Positions 47,590-59,305 of a stretch of 64,000 nucleotides of DNA are shown here, piece after piece (the first letter of the stretch is position 1; every line of letters starts with the position of its first letter). The DNA comes from Azolla caroliniana (lineage: Eukaryota; Plantae; Polypodiophyta): assembly GCA_043228905.1 (NCBI GenBank), contig JBHGNT010000005.1:24552001-24616000 (forward strand), written 5' to 3'. The translations under genes and the position numbers were made by a program. The notes beneath the pieces were generated by a model. That model did no database searches. It was given only the letters and a program-made list of their open reading frames with translations, and had not been told where the DNA came from.

Positions 47590-48768
47590 TGTGGTATTAC
47601 CATGAACCTTAACCAAGGCCCACCTAACCAGGGTCACATTGACCACACCCAAATTAGGGCTCAGTGTACTCCCCTCCCCATAACCAATTGGAGCGGGAAA
47701 ACGCCCACTGCGCTAAGAGTAGTGCCTATAAGATGTAACTTGAACTTCATGTAAAGGGGCTATTTTCGGAGCACTTCACATCTTGGTGGAGAAGACAAGC
47801 AGAGCAACCCTAACTCACGACCCCAACAACACACGCCACGATGCAGCACGACAACAACAACAACAACACAAACTCCATGAATCTAGAATTCTTGCAATAG
47901 CAAACTCAAGAGCATCAACACACATCGCCAATCGACCAACTGGTTCATACAATGTCCAACATTATTTTACAGGTTAATCATACTAACCAAGCCATGTTGG
48001 CATTCCTCTCAACACGATCTGAGCCACAATAGAATCGTCCAGACCCCTGAATTCGCCCAAAACCATTTTTCGGCCTACCATCAGAGGACATCCTCTCTTG
48101 CTTGGATCACTTCGAAATGATGGCCACTTACCACCAGTGGCCACACCACCGGAAGGCAATGGAAATGAAGACACTCCTCGAGAATGTTGCAACAACATGG
48201 TTCGTGCAGCAACCCGAGGAGACATGCAACGACTGGGACCTATTACGGGCAACCATGATTCGGAATTTTGCACATCAAGACTCCCATCAGACGGCCCTAC
48301 AACAACTCAAGTCAATCGCCCAGCAACCACGCGAACCCATCACCCAGTTCGCGGTTCGGTTTGTGCAGATCCTACGATGGGCTGGCCCCAACATGTCAGA
48401 AGACAAACACATCCGTCGCATCCGCATTTGTTCAGACCGGTTGCTTCCGGCTCGCATCCAGAATCATCCCGATTGTTGCCACAGCTAGTGTAACCGGCCC
48501 CAAAGAAAATGGCCTTCCGGTATCCACCTCTGCCTGGTTCGTGACCACGGTGGTCCCGCATGATCCGACACACACGCGTTGATTCCCGCGACAACGTGCC
48601 TTGCTCGAACGAGACAGTCAGGGACGCCCCAAATGTTTCTACTACAACTACGGCCACATTCGGCGTCACTGTAGGAAGTGGCAAAACCAACAATAGAAGC
48701 AAAATGTCCAATTAGCTGACACTAACTCCCTCTCTAAGTTGCCGGAAAACTAATCTGGGCGGTGTCGT
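47590..48768 (+). mobile_element. Ty3/gypsy 5' LTR plus gag pseudogene, truncated by a later insertion
   Basis: TATA at ~47727 and an LTR-like end ...TTACA at 47970. Gag-like PKPFFGLPSED..LDHFEMMATYHQWP...ATTWF, a degenerate zinc knuckle CFYYNYGHIRRHC, and a PEN* end at ~48753. Confidence 0.7.
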
Positions 48769-49270
48769 TGTTGCATAATTTCGCATACGTGTAAGAAATG
48801 AAGGCGGGACCGCATGCAAGCGCTGGATGTCGGCAAGCACAGAGCTCGACCGCCTCGGTTGAGATCAAATCGATGTAAGAGACAATCAGAAGAGAAAGAA
48901 ACCCTCAATTGATTAAGAACGAATTACAGCCGGCTCGCCGGTAACTGAGCGTCTACTCAGTCGACAACACACACACGCACGCACGCACGCACGCACCAAG
49001 ACAAGATACAACGTGGAGCCTCTATCGGGAGCACACGAGCTTCCTACACGAACAGAGGCGTCCGACAAAAGAACTCATGCAGAGAACACTGACACAGAAC
49101 GAGCGCTCGGTCCCCAGCCCGACAACACTCTATTCTCCCCCAAATGCAATCTAATTCTAAGTCCTCTCTCCCGACTTTTATAGGTCCAAGAGGGAAGAGC
49201 TGTTACATCCTGTAATTACATCATCTTTATTCTCTGTCCCTTCGAGAACAGAGATTCGTTAATATATTTA

Positions 49271-49413
49271 GGAAAATGGTAAATTCACAGTTTTTTCCGT
49301 ATTTTCACAGTTTTTTTGGGGGGATGGAATCTAGCTATCATTTGTAATCATATTTCTAAACTAAAAAAAAAAACTGTGAAAATACAGAAAAAACTGTGAA
49401 TTTACCAATTCCC
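49271..49413. mobile_element. 143-bp MITE (Mutator-like) inserted in an LTR
   Basis: ~45-bp TIRs GG(A/G)AA(A/T)TGGTAAATTCACAGTTTTTTC.GTATTTTCACAG; direct repeat TATATTTA on both sides. Confidence 0.85.
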
Positions 49414-49724
49414 TATATTTAATGTGTCTATATCAAAGTCTGTCTACATCACGCCGACCTATTCTTAGACTATGTACAAATAATTTACAACTGTGTGCAT
49501 CCGTGCATGCTGTGGTTCACGTGCTCTAGTCGTCGTTTCCGCTTGTAGCCGGTTTTCCTCACGACATCCACCCCCACCAAACCGCACAACCACCGGTATG
49601 TGCCGAGAGGGGGAGAGAGATATTGAGGGAAAGCGGCCTGCTCTCAACCGTCGCTTTCCGATCCGTCGCGCTCCCCGTCCTCGTCAACTCAGCCTAGGTC
49701 GTTGCTTTCATCCACGCACCCCAA

Positions 49725-52700
49725 TGTTGTGAAGAGTCCAGGCCATGGTGAGAAACCGGGAAAAATCAGAAGAATCGGCGGAGTGCATCGCGTGCACTCA
49801 CCCTTGTTAAAATGTGTGAATAATAGGGGTGCCTTAATGGCGCCGAGTTAGGAGTTAATTTGGGACAGAAAATCCCTTGTAAGTCGGGATTTTTCCCACA
49901 TAGTCACGTGACCCTCACCTTGTTCTATAAAAGGGAGGGCGCGCCCCTTGTAAAAGGGTTCCTCATTTTTGAGGTTCCATAGGTTCCATTTTTGGTGTTA
50001 ATAACTTCTAATCATAAAGTTTTTCTGTCTTCTTTTCATCTTGGTGTGAGTGTTGTCTCTATTCTCTGTTAGGGTTTCATCTTGGTGTGTGTGATGTCTC
50101 TATTCTCTGTTAGGGTTTCACTGTCATTTGTGTGCGTGCGTAGGTGGCGTGTTTAGTTGTGGCGGGCAACGTGCGGACTATCTGCGCCTTCCCTGAGTTC
50201 CTGTTTGTTGGTTCTCAGTACTCCACGGTCTAGGACGTGTGTGTGTGTGGGTGTTGGCTTCGGCCGCTTGTGAAGAGCCCGTGCACTAGGTGGTTCGTTG
50301 GCAAGTTTCCCTCCTTGGCGCGCAAGACCCAATTCGGTTCAGCGAGCCCGTGCACTCCCCTAAAGGCGGCTTGGCGACAGGAGGTGGTTGTCCTAGAAAA
50401 GGCGTGCCCTGCACGAGGGTCCTGTTGTGCGAACGAGCCTGGGAGCTCCCCGACCAATCCTAGGATGCAGGCTCCCTCTTCCTCTCCGTGTGGAACTAGC
50501 GTCGCAGCGAGTGTCGTGCGTGTATGTGTGGGTGTCTCCTGATAGTGTAGGGTTCGAGAGCGGGTGCATGCGTGGTGCAGGTTGTAACTGGGTGTGTATA
50601 TGTGTGTGTGTGTGTGCGGGCGCGGTTAACCGGGCCGTGTCCCGTGCCTCTTTTGGCCCCCTGTACATGCAGGCGAAAGGGGGCGGCAAGGACAAGGGCG
50701 TGCTCTCTCACTTCCCGTGCGATTACTGGTCGTGTCTGGAGAGTATCCGGGATCGAACCGGCCGACAATGTTAATCCTAGGGCCGAACAACAACCTAACA
50801 CAGGGTGTCCACTTAAGACACTTCACCAAAGGGTGTTACGGCAAGATGACTTACGACACAACACTTAATTAGACCTTAATTGGTTACTTAGCAATACGTC
50901 ATTAACACGCGTAAGATATAACAATGAGTACAGAACGGTAATCAATAGTGAAAGGTTAAGGCAATAAGTTCTATTAATTATCCGTTGTCAATTACATTGT
51001 AACCGGACCTTTATATAGGTCTCCGGTGCGAAGTACAAAATGGTGCCAACCGACACCTATTCGGAATCGGTCCAGATCCGGATCGGCATACCGATTCCAG
51101 TCCGTCCGTCCATATTAATAAAATAATTACAACAGTTCCCGAATAAACTATTCCTTTCACACTCTGGTCTGGACATCCTTAAGCCCTTCTTTGTCGGCCG
51201 GGTAACACATGGCACGCCCGTGGGACAGTACCTTGTACATTGAACCCATTATCCGGCCCAACTACTCTTCGTAAAAAATGTCCAGAATGCTTTGCTCCAG
51301 AATTTCCAATGGCTTGTCGGGAATCTGTTGTTGTTGCTGTGGCTGCTGTTCCGTTTTTGGCTGTTGCGGTGGCTGCTCCGTTTGTGCCTTCTCCGTTTGG
51401 GGCTGTTGCTCCGTTTGTCGCTCTGGCACCGGCGTTTCCTTCGTTGTTTCCTCCGTCGGAGTTGTCGCTGGCTGACTGACCCCGACCTGGTCCCCGTCTG
51501 GTCCTTGTACCGGTGACGGTTCCTCATCACTAAGGTTGATCGTTGCCGCCTTCCTTGCTTTTTCTTCCCGGAGCCGGGACCGCTCATAGCTCTCAAACTG
51601 GATTTGAGCCTCCAACCGATCGTCGTCCAGTTGAGCTATGAGTTGCCGTACCTGCACCAATTGTTCATTCGCCAGGGCTGTGAAATCTTCGGCCAGCTCA
51701 TCCCTTATGGCGGTGAAGTCCTCCGATGTCAGCGTATAACAGTCGTCACCTTCCTTCCGCCGGTTTTCCACGTCCACCCTGAGCAATTGGAGTTCCGCCG
51801 TATTCTGCACCCATTTCGTCCACCATTGCACAAAGCTCTCGTCAATCAAGCGTTTGGTCTTGGTGAGCCATGCTCGGAGGATGCACCGGATCCGTTCGGT
51901 TCCCATCCGTGATTTGTTCTCCGCGGCTTGTCGCTCCTCTTTCAATTGCTTGATGATTCTGACCGTGTCCGCCTCCTGCTCCCTATAATGCGACAATTGA
52001 CTTTGATAGGTTGTTTGCAACCTCTGTAACACCATTGTCGCTCTTTCCTTTTCTTCATGGTTCTACTTGTGGAGCTCCATCCGGTCCATCGCCGCTTCCT
52101 CCAATAGCTTTGAATTCTCAGCTCGCTCGTCGGCGAGTGCCGTTGTGGCCCTATCAACTTCTTGCCGGAGCTCGGCCAGCCTTTCCTGATGTTGCTTATA
52201 CTCCGCTTCCAGCTGCTTGTAGTCTCGGTGCAGATGATCAAATTCATCGATCTTCTGCTTCAGCCTCTGGTTGATTTGCTGGCGCGCGCGGTCCTCCCGG
52301 TCCTCCTGGGGTGTCGTTACTGCTGCGATAGTTTGTGCGCGCGCTATAACCCCCTTCCGAATCCGATTCCAGCGTTGAAAATGCTTCAGATTCGCCGTCT
52401 CTTCCGGCCAAGGCCTGGAGAAGGGATTCCGCTTCCCGGAGACTGCTTAAGCTGCTTCCTTCGTCCGTGTAGGCGTTTTGTTGCAGACGGAGCGACTCCT
52501 CCGCCACTTTCCGAATCACTTTGGAAAATGATCGATCCGATTGGATTTCTTCCGCTACTTGCTGGAAAGCCTCTCGCCGCCTTCGCCGTTCAACAAGTCT
52601 TCGTGCTCTCTCCGTAACCGGGTCATTTGTTGGCCTAGTCATCCATTACCGCCGCTGTTCACTGCGATTGTGCAGGAATCGTGGTCGCCAAAAACTGTGT

Positions 52701-55700
52701 TAATCCTAGGGCCGGACAACAACCTAACACAGGGTGTCCACTTAAGACACTTCACCAAAGAGTGTTACGGTAAGATGACTTACGACACAACGCTTCATTA
52801 GACCTTAATTGGTTACTTAGCAATACGTCATTAACACGCGTAAGATATAACAATGAGTACAGAACAGTAATCAATACTGAAAGGTTAATGCAATAAGTTC
52901 TATTAATTATCCGCTGTCAATTACATTGTAACCGGACCTTTATATAGGTCTCCGGTGCGAAGTACAAAACGGTCCCAACCGACACCTATTCGAAATCGGT
53001 CTGGATTTGGATCGGCATACCGATTCCGGTCCGTCCATCCATATTAATAAAATAATTACAACAATTCCCGAATAAACTATTCCTTTCACACTCTGGTCTG
53101 GACATCCTTAAGCCTTCTTTGCCGGTCGGGTAACAGGCAACGCAACAAGCTTCGGAGGATTCGGGTTCCCGACAACTCCTTCCCTCCTGGTCCATGACCC
53201 CGATGGTCTCGCCCGGATCCAACATGCAAGTGCGGAAAACTATGACATCTTTGGTGAACCCGACGTGAAGGGCGGCAAGGGAGGATGGGGTTGGAGGCCG
53301 AAGACTTGGAGGAGGAGAGTCGAGAAGCGGCACATTGAGATGGGCGAGGTCGAAGAAGTCGACTGTTATAGCGGGGACCGAGTCCCACGAGTTTCGCCGA
53401 AGGCTCGACCATCCAGCATAAAGAGCAGGAGCTCCGAGCAGCTCATAGAGTGTGGATACCCAGAAGCAAAACGAAGGTGGCGTGCGACGGCACAACATCA
53501 CAGTAAGAAGGGTGCGCGCGGACAAGACGGACATGGTCAAGCCGGAGGCCAAGCGGGGCACGATGGTGCCAATAAGGGAGAGGGTGCGGGATGAGCCGCC
53601 CTCTTTTACATGGGGAGAAAGACCGACCGGGTGAAGGTCGGGAGTAAGGAAGAAGATGATCGAGATTACAGAACGAGTCCGGCGGGATCGACATCGGAGC
53701 CGAAACTCCGGACATTGGAGAATCAAGCCCAGGCGGGGTTTGATTGATCATAGAGCGGATGCTTTCCACCGACACCACTAAAATGGTCGGTGGCCCCGGA
53801 CTCGTCATCGGGAGTCGTTTCGGAATCGGTATTCCCACATCTCATTCGGAGACTTCGGCAGCCGGCAACGAGGCCAACGTGAGATTGAGAGAGATGGAAG
53901 ATGGAGAGGGAGCACAACAAGGAGAGCAACGATGAGTTGAGGAGAAGTACAAGGGAAGTGGAAAACGAAGACCGGTCCTATGGGTCTCCTTGCACAAATC
54001 CGGAGACTCCAACGGTTGGCCCGAGAGCCGGCGTGAGACCTAGAGAGATGGACGGTGGCGGCAGGAGAACGGGACCTGACAATGCGGAGTGACAAACGAG
54101 CCTAGATGAGAACCGGGCAGAGCGGACTTCTGGATAACCGATCCGGAAGGGAGGAAGGAGCAGACCTACGAAGGGCCGGAACACGGTACATCGGTACCAC
54201 GGGAGAGGGTGTGGAGCGAGCCACCCTCTCGACACGCGGAGAAGGACGATCTGGGACAGTGTCGGGAAGTCAAATCGGAGACTTGAGGAGGATCCTCACA
54301 CTGACCCGGAGACTCCGACGGTCAGCCCAAGAGCCGGCGTGAGACCTAGAGAGATGGATGGTGGCGGCAGGTGAACGGGATCCGACAAAGCACGGGCCGA
54401 AAGAGCAGTGTCGTGAAGATCCGTCACTACGCGCGGATCGTGAGGCGGAACCGTCCGGGTCCTAGACCGGAAGGATTCGAAGTTTGTACTAGTTTAGCGA
54501 AAAAGTATTTAAGATAGATTGGGAGAGAGAGATTGAGATTAAGATTCCAATTTTAAAATAAAGGCCGGAGAGGGATCCTCCACACTGGTTCCAGAGACCT
54601 TGGCAGTTCGGCCTTCGTGGCAACGTAAGACCAAGGAGAAGGTAGGTGGCGGCGAGGGATCAGCTCAGAACGAGAACCGAGATGACGCGAAGGTCGATGG
54701 AGGCCAAGCGGGCCATCACGGGTGCTCCTCGGACGGAGGAAACCGCGTATCCGAAGGGACGAGAAGCATGCATGCGGTTGAAAGAAGGGCCTACAGGAAG
54801 TACGCGCACTACGGGATCACGGCGAATGACCTACCGATGGGTTGAACAAGCCTACAAGGAGGCAAACGCGGAGAAGGAACCAGAGCCGACGGTTCGGACC
54901 GGTGAGGCCAACGCGTAGCTGGAATGAGGATTACAGAAGTCTGGTTCCTCACCGGCCGGAATCTCTCACCCTTCTCTGAACTTGGCACGTATCGGTGGAC
55001 GTGTGGTTTGGTGGGGGTGGATGTCGTGAAGATTCTGGGCCATGGTGAGAAACCGGGAAAAATCAGAAGAATCGACGGAGTGCATCGCATGCACTCACCC
55101 TTGCTAAAACGTGTGAATAATAGGGGTGGCTTAATGGCGCCGAGTAGGAGTTAATTTGGGACAAAAAATCCCTTCTAAGTCGGGATTTTTACCACATAGT
55201 CACGTGACCCTCACCTTGTTCTATAAAAGGGAGGGCGTGCCCCTTGTAAAAGGGTTCCTCATTTTTGAGGTTCCATAGGTTCCATTTTTGGTGTTAATAA
55301 CTTCTGAGCATAACGTTTTTCTATCTTCTTTTCATCTTGGTGTGAGTGTTGTCTCTATTCTCTGTTAGGGTTTCATCTTGGTGTGTGTGATGTCTCTATT
55401 CTCTGTTAGGGTTTTAGTGTCATCTGTGTGCGTGCGTAGGTGGCGTGTTTAATTGTGGTGGGCAATGTGCGGACTATTTGCGCCTTCCCTGAGTTCCTGC
55501 TTGTCGGTTCTCAGTACTCCACGGTCTAGGATGTGTGTGTGTGTGTGGGTGTTGGCTTCCGTCGCTTGTGAAGAGCCCGCGCGCTAGGTGGTTCGTTGGC
55601 AGGTTTCCCTCCTTAGCGTGCACGACCCAACTCGGTTCAGGGAGCCTGTGTGCTCCCCTAAAGGAGGCTTGGCGACAAGAGGTGGTTGTCTTGGAAGAGG

Positions 55701-56177
55701 CGTGCCCTGCACGAGGGTCTCGTTGCGCAAACGAGCTTGGGAGCTCCCCGACCGGCCCTAGGATGCATGCTCGCTCTTCCTCTCTGTGTGGAACTGGCAT
55801 TGCAACGAGCGTCGTGTGTGTATGTGTGGGTGTGGCTTCGGATAGAGTAGGGTTCGAGAGCGGGTGCGTGCATGGTGTCGGTTGTAACCAGCTGTGTATA
55901 TGTGCGTGTGTGTGTGCGTGGGCACGGTTAACCAGGCCGTGTCCCGTGCCTCTTTTGGCCCCCTGTACATGCGGGCGAAAGGGGGCGACAAGAATGAGGG
56001 CGCACTCTCTCACTTCCCATGCGATTACCGGTCGCATCTGGAGAGTATCCGGGATTGAACCGGCCGGCAACGCGGCAAGCTCCGGAGGATTCGGGTTCTC
56101 GGCAACTCCTTCCCTCCTGGTCCATGACCCCGGTGGTCCCACCCGGATCCAACATGCAAGCGCAGATAACCGCGACA
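49725..56177 (+). mobile_element. Non-autonomous LTR retrotransposon: 5' LTR 49725-53247 (interrupted), tRNA-Trp PBS, ~1.8-kb internal region without pol, 3' LTR 55022-56177
   Basis: Two ~1.15-kb direct repeats with TG...CA termini. PBS TGGTGAACCCGACGTGAA (53252-53269) is the reverse complement of the plant tRNA-Trp 3' end as recalled. PPT GGTTTGGTGGGGGTGGA; 4-bp TSD CCAA/CCAG. Confidence 0.92.
50769..53135. mobile_element. Small non-autonomous LTR element (Tat-like) nested in the 5' LTR above; LTRs 50769-51207 and 52698-53135
   Basis: ~438-bp direct repeats TGTTA...TAACA; 5-bp TSD GACAA/GGCAA, with the empty site visible in the host 3' LTR at ~56065. Disrupted coiled-coil ORF on the minus strand, 51262-52642. 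Confidence 0.92.
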
Positions 56178-58779
56178 CCAGATCCGGCTCGTCCTTGTGT
56201 TGTTTCTTGAACACCTTGATCCGCTTCCCCGAACCAGTATTGTTATCCACGTCCCGTCGAGCTCCGCGAGATAGTAGGTGGCGTTGTCGTTCGCACTGGT
56301 CACCACAAAAGGCCTTGACCACCTGCTTGCAAACTTACGCATTGCCTTGTGTTGATTGTCGAGGCTGCTATCGTAAACCAGTACCCAGTCACCTTCCTCG
56401 ATCTTCTTCGGTCTTAGCCGGTGCGTCCGGTCAAATCGGTCTTTGTTCTTCTCCCTTGCCACGTACAACTTAGCCTTTGCCCGTTCCACATCCTCCGGCC
56501 TCCACTCAAGTTGTCGAATCCGTGTTGTCAACAACTCTTCTCGGCTCATCTCGTTCGTCTAGTCGATTGCCGCCCAAGAGGAAATCATCCGCTCCATCGG
56601 CATGATTGGCTTCTGCCCGTACATCAATTCTGTTGGCATGAACTCGGTCACCGAACTGTGCGTAGTTCAGTCCACCCACAATGCGTAAGGTAGGAGTCGC
56701 GGCCAATTCCTAACTTTCCCTTCGCATGCCCGTACTAACGCCTTTCCTGATTTGTATGTCGTAGTGAGGGAGAGTTTTGCCCCTAACCGGCCGAACAACT
56801 CTTCGGCCTCTTGCGCGTCCAACTCTCCCTAGTCAAACACAATCTTCCCTATGCAACCGTATCGGCAGATCACCTCCTCGATCAGGAACCGGCACATGGC
56901 CACAATCTTCTTGTTCCGCAGTGCACAACCCTCCACCTGGTTCGTCAGGTCTTCTCACGCAAGCACCAGATACCGCATCTTCCCTATCCCCATCAGCATC
57001 GTCACTAAGTCCACCATCCATTTGAAATGGACGGTCGTTGGGTAGGTCAAGTGTAGCTCGTCTCTGTGTCGGATCGTGGAATGCATCTGGCAGCTCTCGC
57101 AGGTTTTCACGAACCGGTGAGCGTCTCGATACATCCCCGACCACCAATATTTCTCCTTCAGCTTCTCAAACATGGCCCACGTCCCGCGGTGTTCGGCCCA
57201 AGTACTCTCATGATACGCCGACAACAGCGGCTCCTGCTCTTCCCTCCTTACTACTATGCGGAGTGGAACGCCATTACGCTTCTTCGGGTGCCTCCATATA
57301 CTCCCGTTTCGTAGGAAGAACCGGTACGCCTTCTTCCAGATCATGTTCGCCTTGTCCTTCGTCCATGTTGCATCCGGCGTTAACATTTTTAAGAACCTAC
57401 CGATCCGGAGCCACTCCCCGTCATACTCGTTCTCTTTGAACTCACTGAGTGTTGGAGTGCTCCCCTCCCTTGCTGCTATGCGAGCTAACTCGAAGAAGTC
57501 TACGTTGACTTCTTCGTCTTCAGAAACCATGTCGTCCTCGTCGTCGAACCGCGCTCTCAAAAGCATATCGGCCATGGCGTTGTCTTTCCCGAAGATATGC
57601 CGTATCTCCGTATTCAAGGACTTGATGTACGCGATCCACCTGAGCATAACTAGGTCCGGAGTCGCACATTAGGAAACCATACCTAGGATAGGTAGGCAGT
57701 CCATCTCGATTATTACCTCCATCCCGATCAGATAGTCTTTGTCGGCCTTGATTGCCGAAATGATACCCCAGAGTTCATGTTTAACCAACGCGTATCCTCG
57801 CTGCCGCTCACTCAATACCTTCGGCCCAAACTAGATGGGGAAACCTCGCACCGTTCTCATCCTCCTGCTTAACCACCCATCCGATCCCGATCGGGCTCGT
57901 GTCCACGGTCACATAAACCAGGATCCCCTTTCTGTAAACCAAGACACCAAGATTTCGGATTGCCCGAAAGCCGACTTCTCTCCGAAGAAGGTGAATCGCG
58001 CGCTCTCGAGCCTCTACAGCACTCTCTTGCAATCCTTCATGTGGTCCACCACGAACCTTTGGCATCCGTCTAGCTCGACCGATTCATCCTTATCTTCCAC
58101 CAGACACCCCTTGATCGGGATGTAATCCAAGAATGGCATAGTGATGTCCGAGATGCAATCCCTCAGCACCTTGTTCATTGCGTTCACCATGTGCGCCACC
58201 GAGTTGGTCCTTCCTTGCGGCAGGGTACACATTCATACTAAGCCGAGAGGGGTCCGCATCGTCGTGATATCCCTGCTCTCTACAGCTAGTTGGAATTTAT
58301 TGTAGCCCGAGTATAAGTCTCCAACCGAGTAGATCGACCTTCCAACGAAAGCCTCCATAAACTCATCAATAGTCGGCCCGATCCCTATGTTCCAAATGGT
58401 CACTTTATTCACCGGTTGTAGGTCCTGAATGAAGCGCAATGTGCCATTCTTCTTCGGCACCGTAAACCACCGGTTCGAATATGGGGCACTCGACGGCTTG
58501 AGGATGCCCATCTCCACCTTTTGCTTCAGCAGCTCCATCAGCTTCGGGATGTGAGCTCTAGGTACCGGAATTGGTTTGAGATTCCACAACACATGCGGTA
58601 CCGTGAAGATAACCATCGGCTCTACAATCGTTGGGTCAACGCACCCGATCTCCTTCGGTGAGAATGCAAAGGCCTTCCTGTGCCTCCTGAGCATCCTCCG
58701 AAACCGGTCCTCTTCCGTGGGCAATAGGATGCCACCCCCACCAATCTTCAACTCCCATAGCGTCTCGTCAGTGAATCAG

Positions 58780-58990
58780 TGTCGCGGAAATCCGCGCGTT
58801 CGTGTCGGATAGGACGGGACCACGGGGGTCTTGGACTAGGGAGTAAGAGGAGGGAGAGAAGCTTGTGAGTTCAACCGAGAAGGAAGAGAAAGATTAAGAT
58901 TCAAGAGACTAAGATCTAAACAAGACAAGATACATTATAGAAAGCACCACACGTTCGCGTTCACAAGTGGAAGGATCGCGCATAAATGGA
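58780..58990 (-). mobile_element. 3' end of another LTR (same group as 20428-21258) inserted into pol, then interrupted
   Basis: Reverse complement reads TAGTCCAAGACCCC...GACACGAACGCGCGGATTTCCGCGACA, compared with TAGTCCAAGACCCC...GACACGCAAGCGCGGATTACCCGACA at ~21200-21258. Confidence 0.75.
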
Positions 58991-59305
58991 AGGATAAGGG
59001 AAATTTTAGGGGTTTTTCAATGATTTTACAAAACACATTGATACCAGTATCATACATGTTCAAATATACTATGAAAAAGGTTAAAAATCCACTATTTTCG
59101 TGATTTAGAAGTAACTAAAAAAAGACGAATTTCAAAAAGATACATTCTCAATTTATATCACAAACTTCACAACCAATGTTATTTTATAAGAAACAATTTT
59201 TTAGAAATCATAAGAATTCAAAACACATGATTTTATATTACTCGATTTGTTACAAGCGGAATGTAGTTACACTTAATAGCCAAATATACATTCATGATCA
59301 CTCCT

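Larger units (their letters stand above)
48769..58779 (-). mobile_element. Ty3/gypsy retrotransposon (non-chromovirus, Phygy-like): pol pseudogene 56180-58779, PPT, 3' LTR 48769-49566
   Basis: RT (WFTVPKKNGTLRFIQDLQPVN, DLYSGY, PQGRTNS, PFLDYI), RNase H (VDTSPIGIGW, NAMADML), integrase H2C2 (YH...EHRG...CESCQ) and a GPY/F-like end. PPT GGTTTGGTGGGGGTGGA precedes TGTCGTGAGG at 49566; the LTR ends ...ATTATGCAACA at 48769. Confidence 0.9.

Noticed and set aside
46803-47605. Phe/Leu-rich membrane-protein-like ORFs
   Set aside because: Low-complexity T-rich DNA that lacks stop codons by composition.
55474-56473. 282-aa and 312-aa ORFs
   Set aside because: They lie in GC-rich LTR sequence and antisense to integrase; the sister LTR has stops in the equivalent frames.
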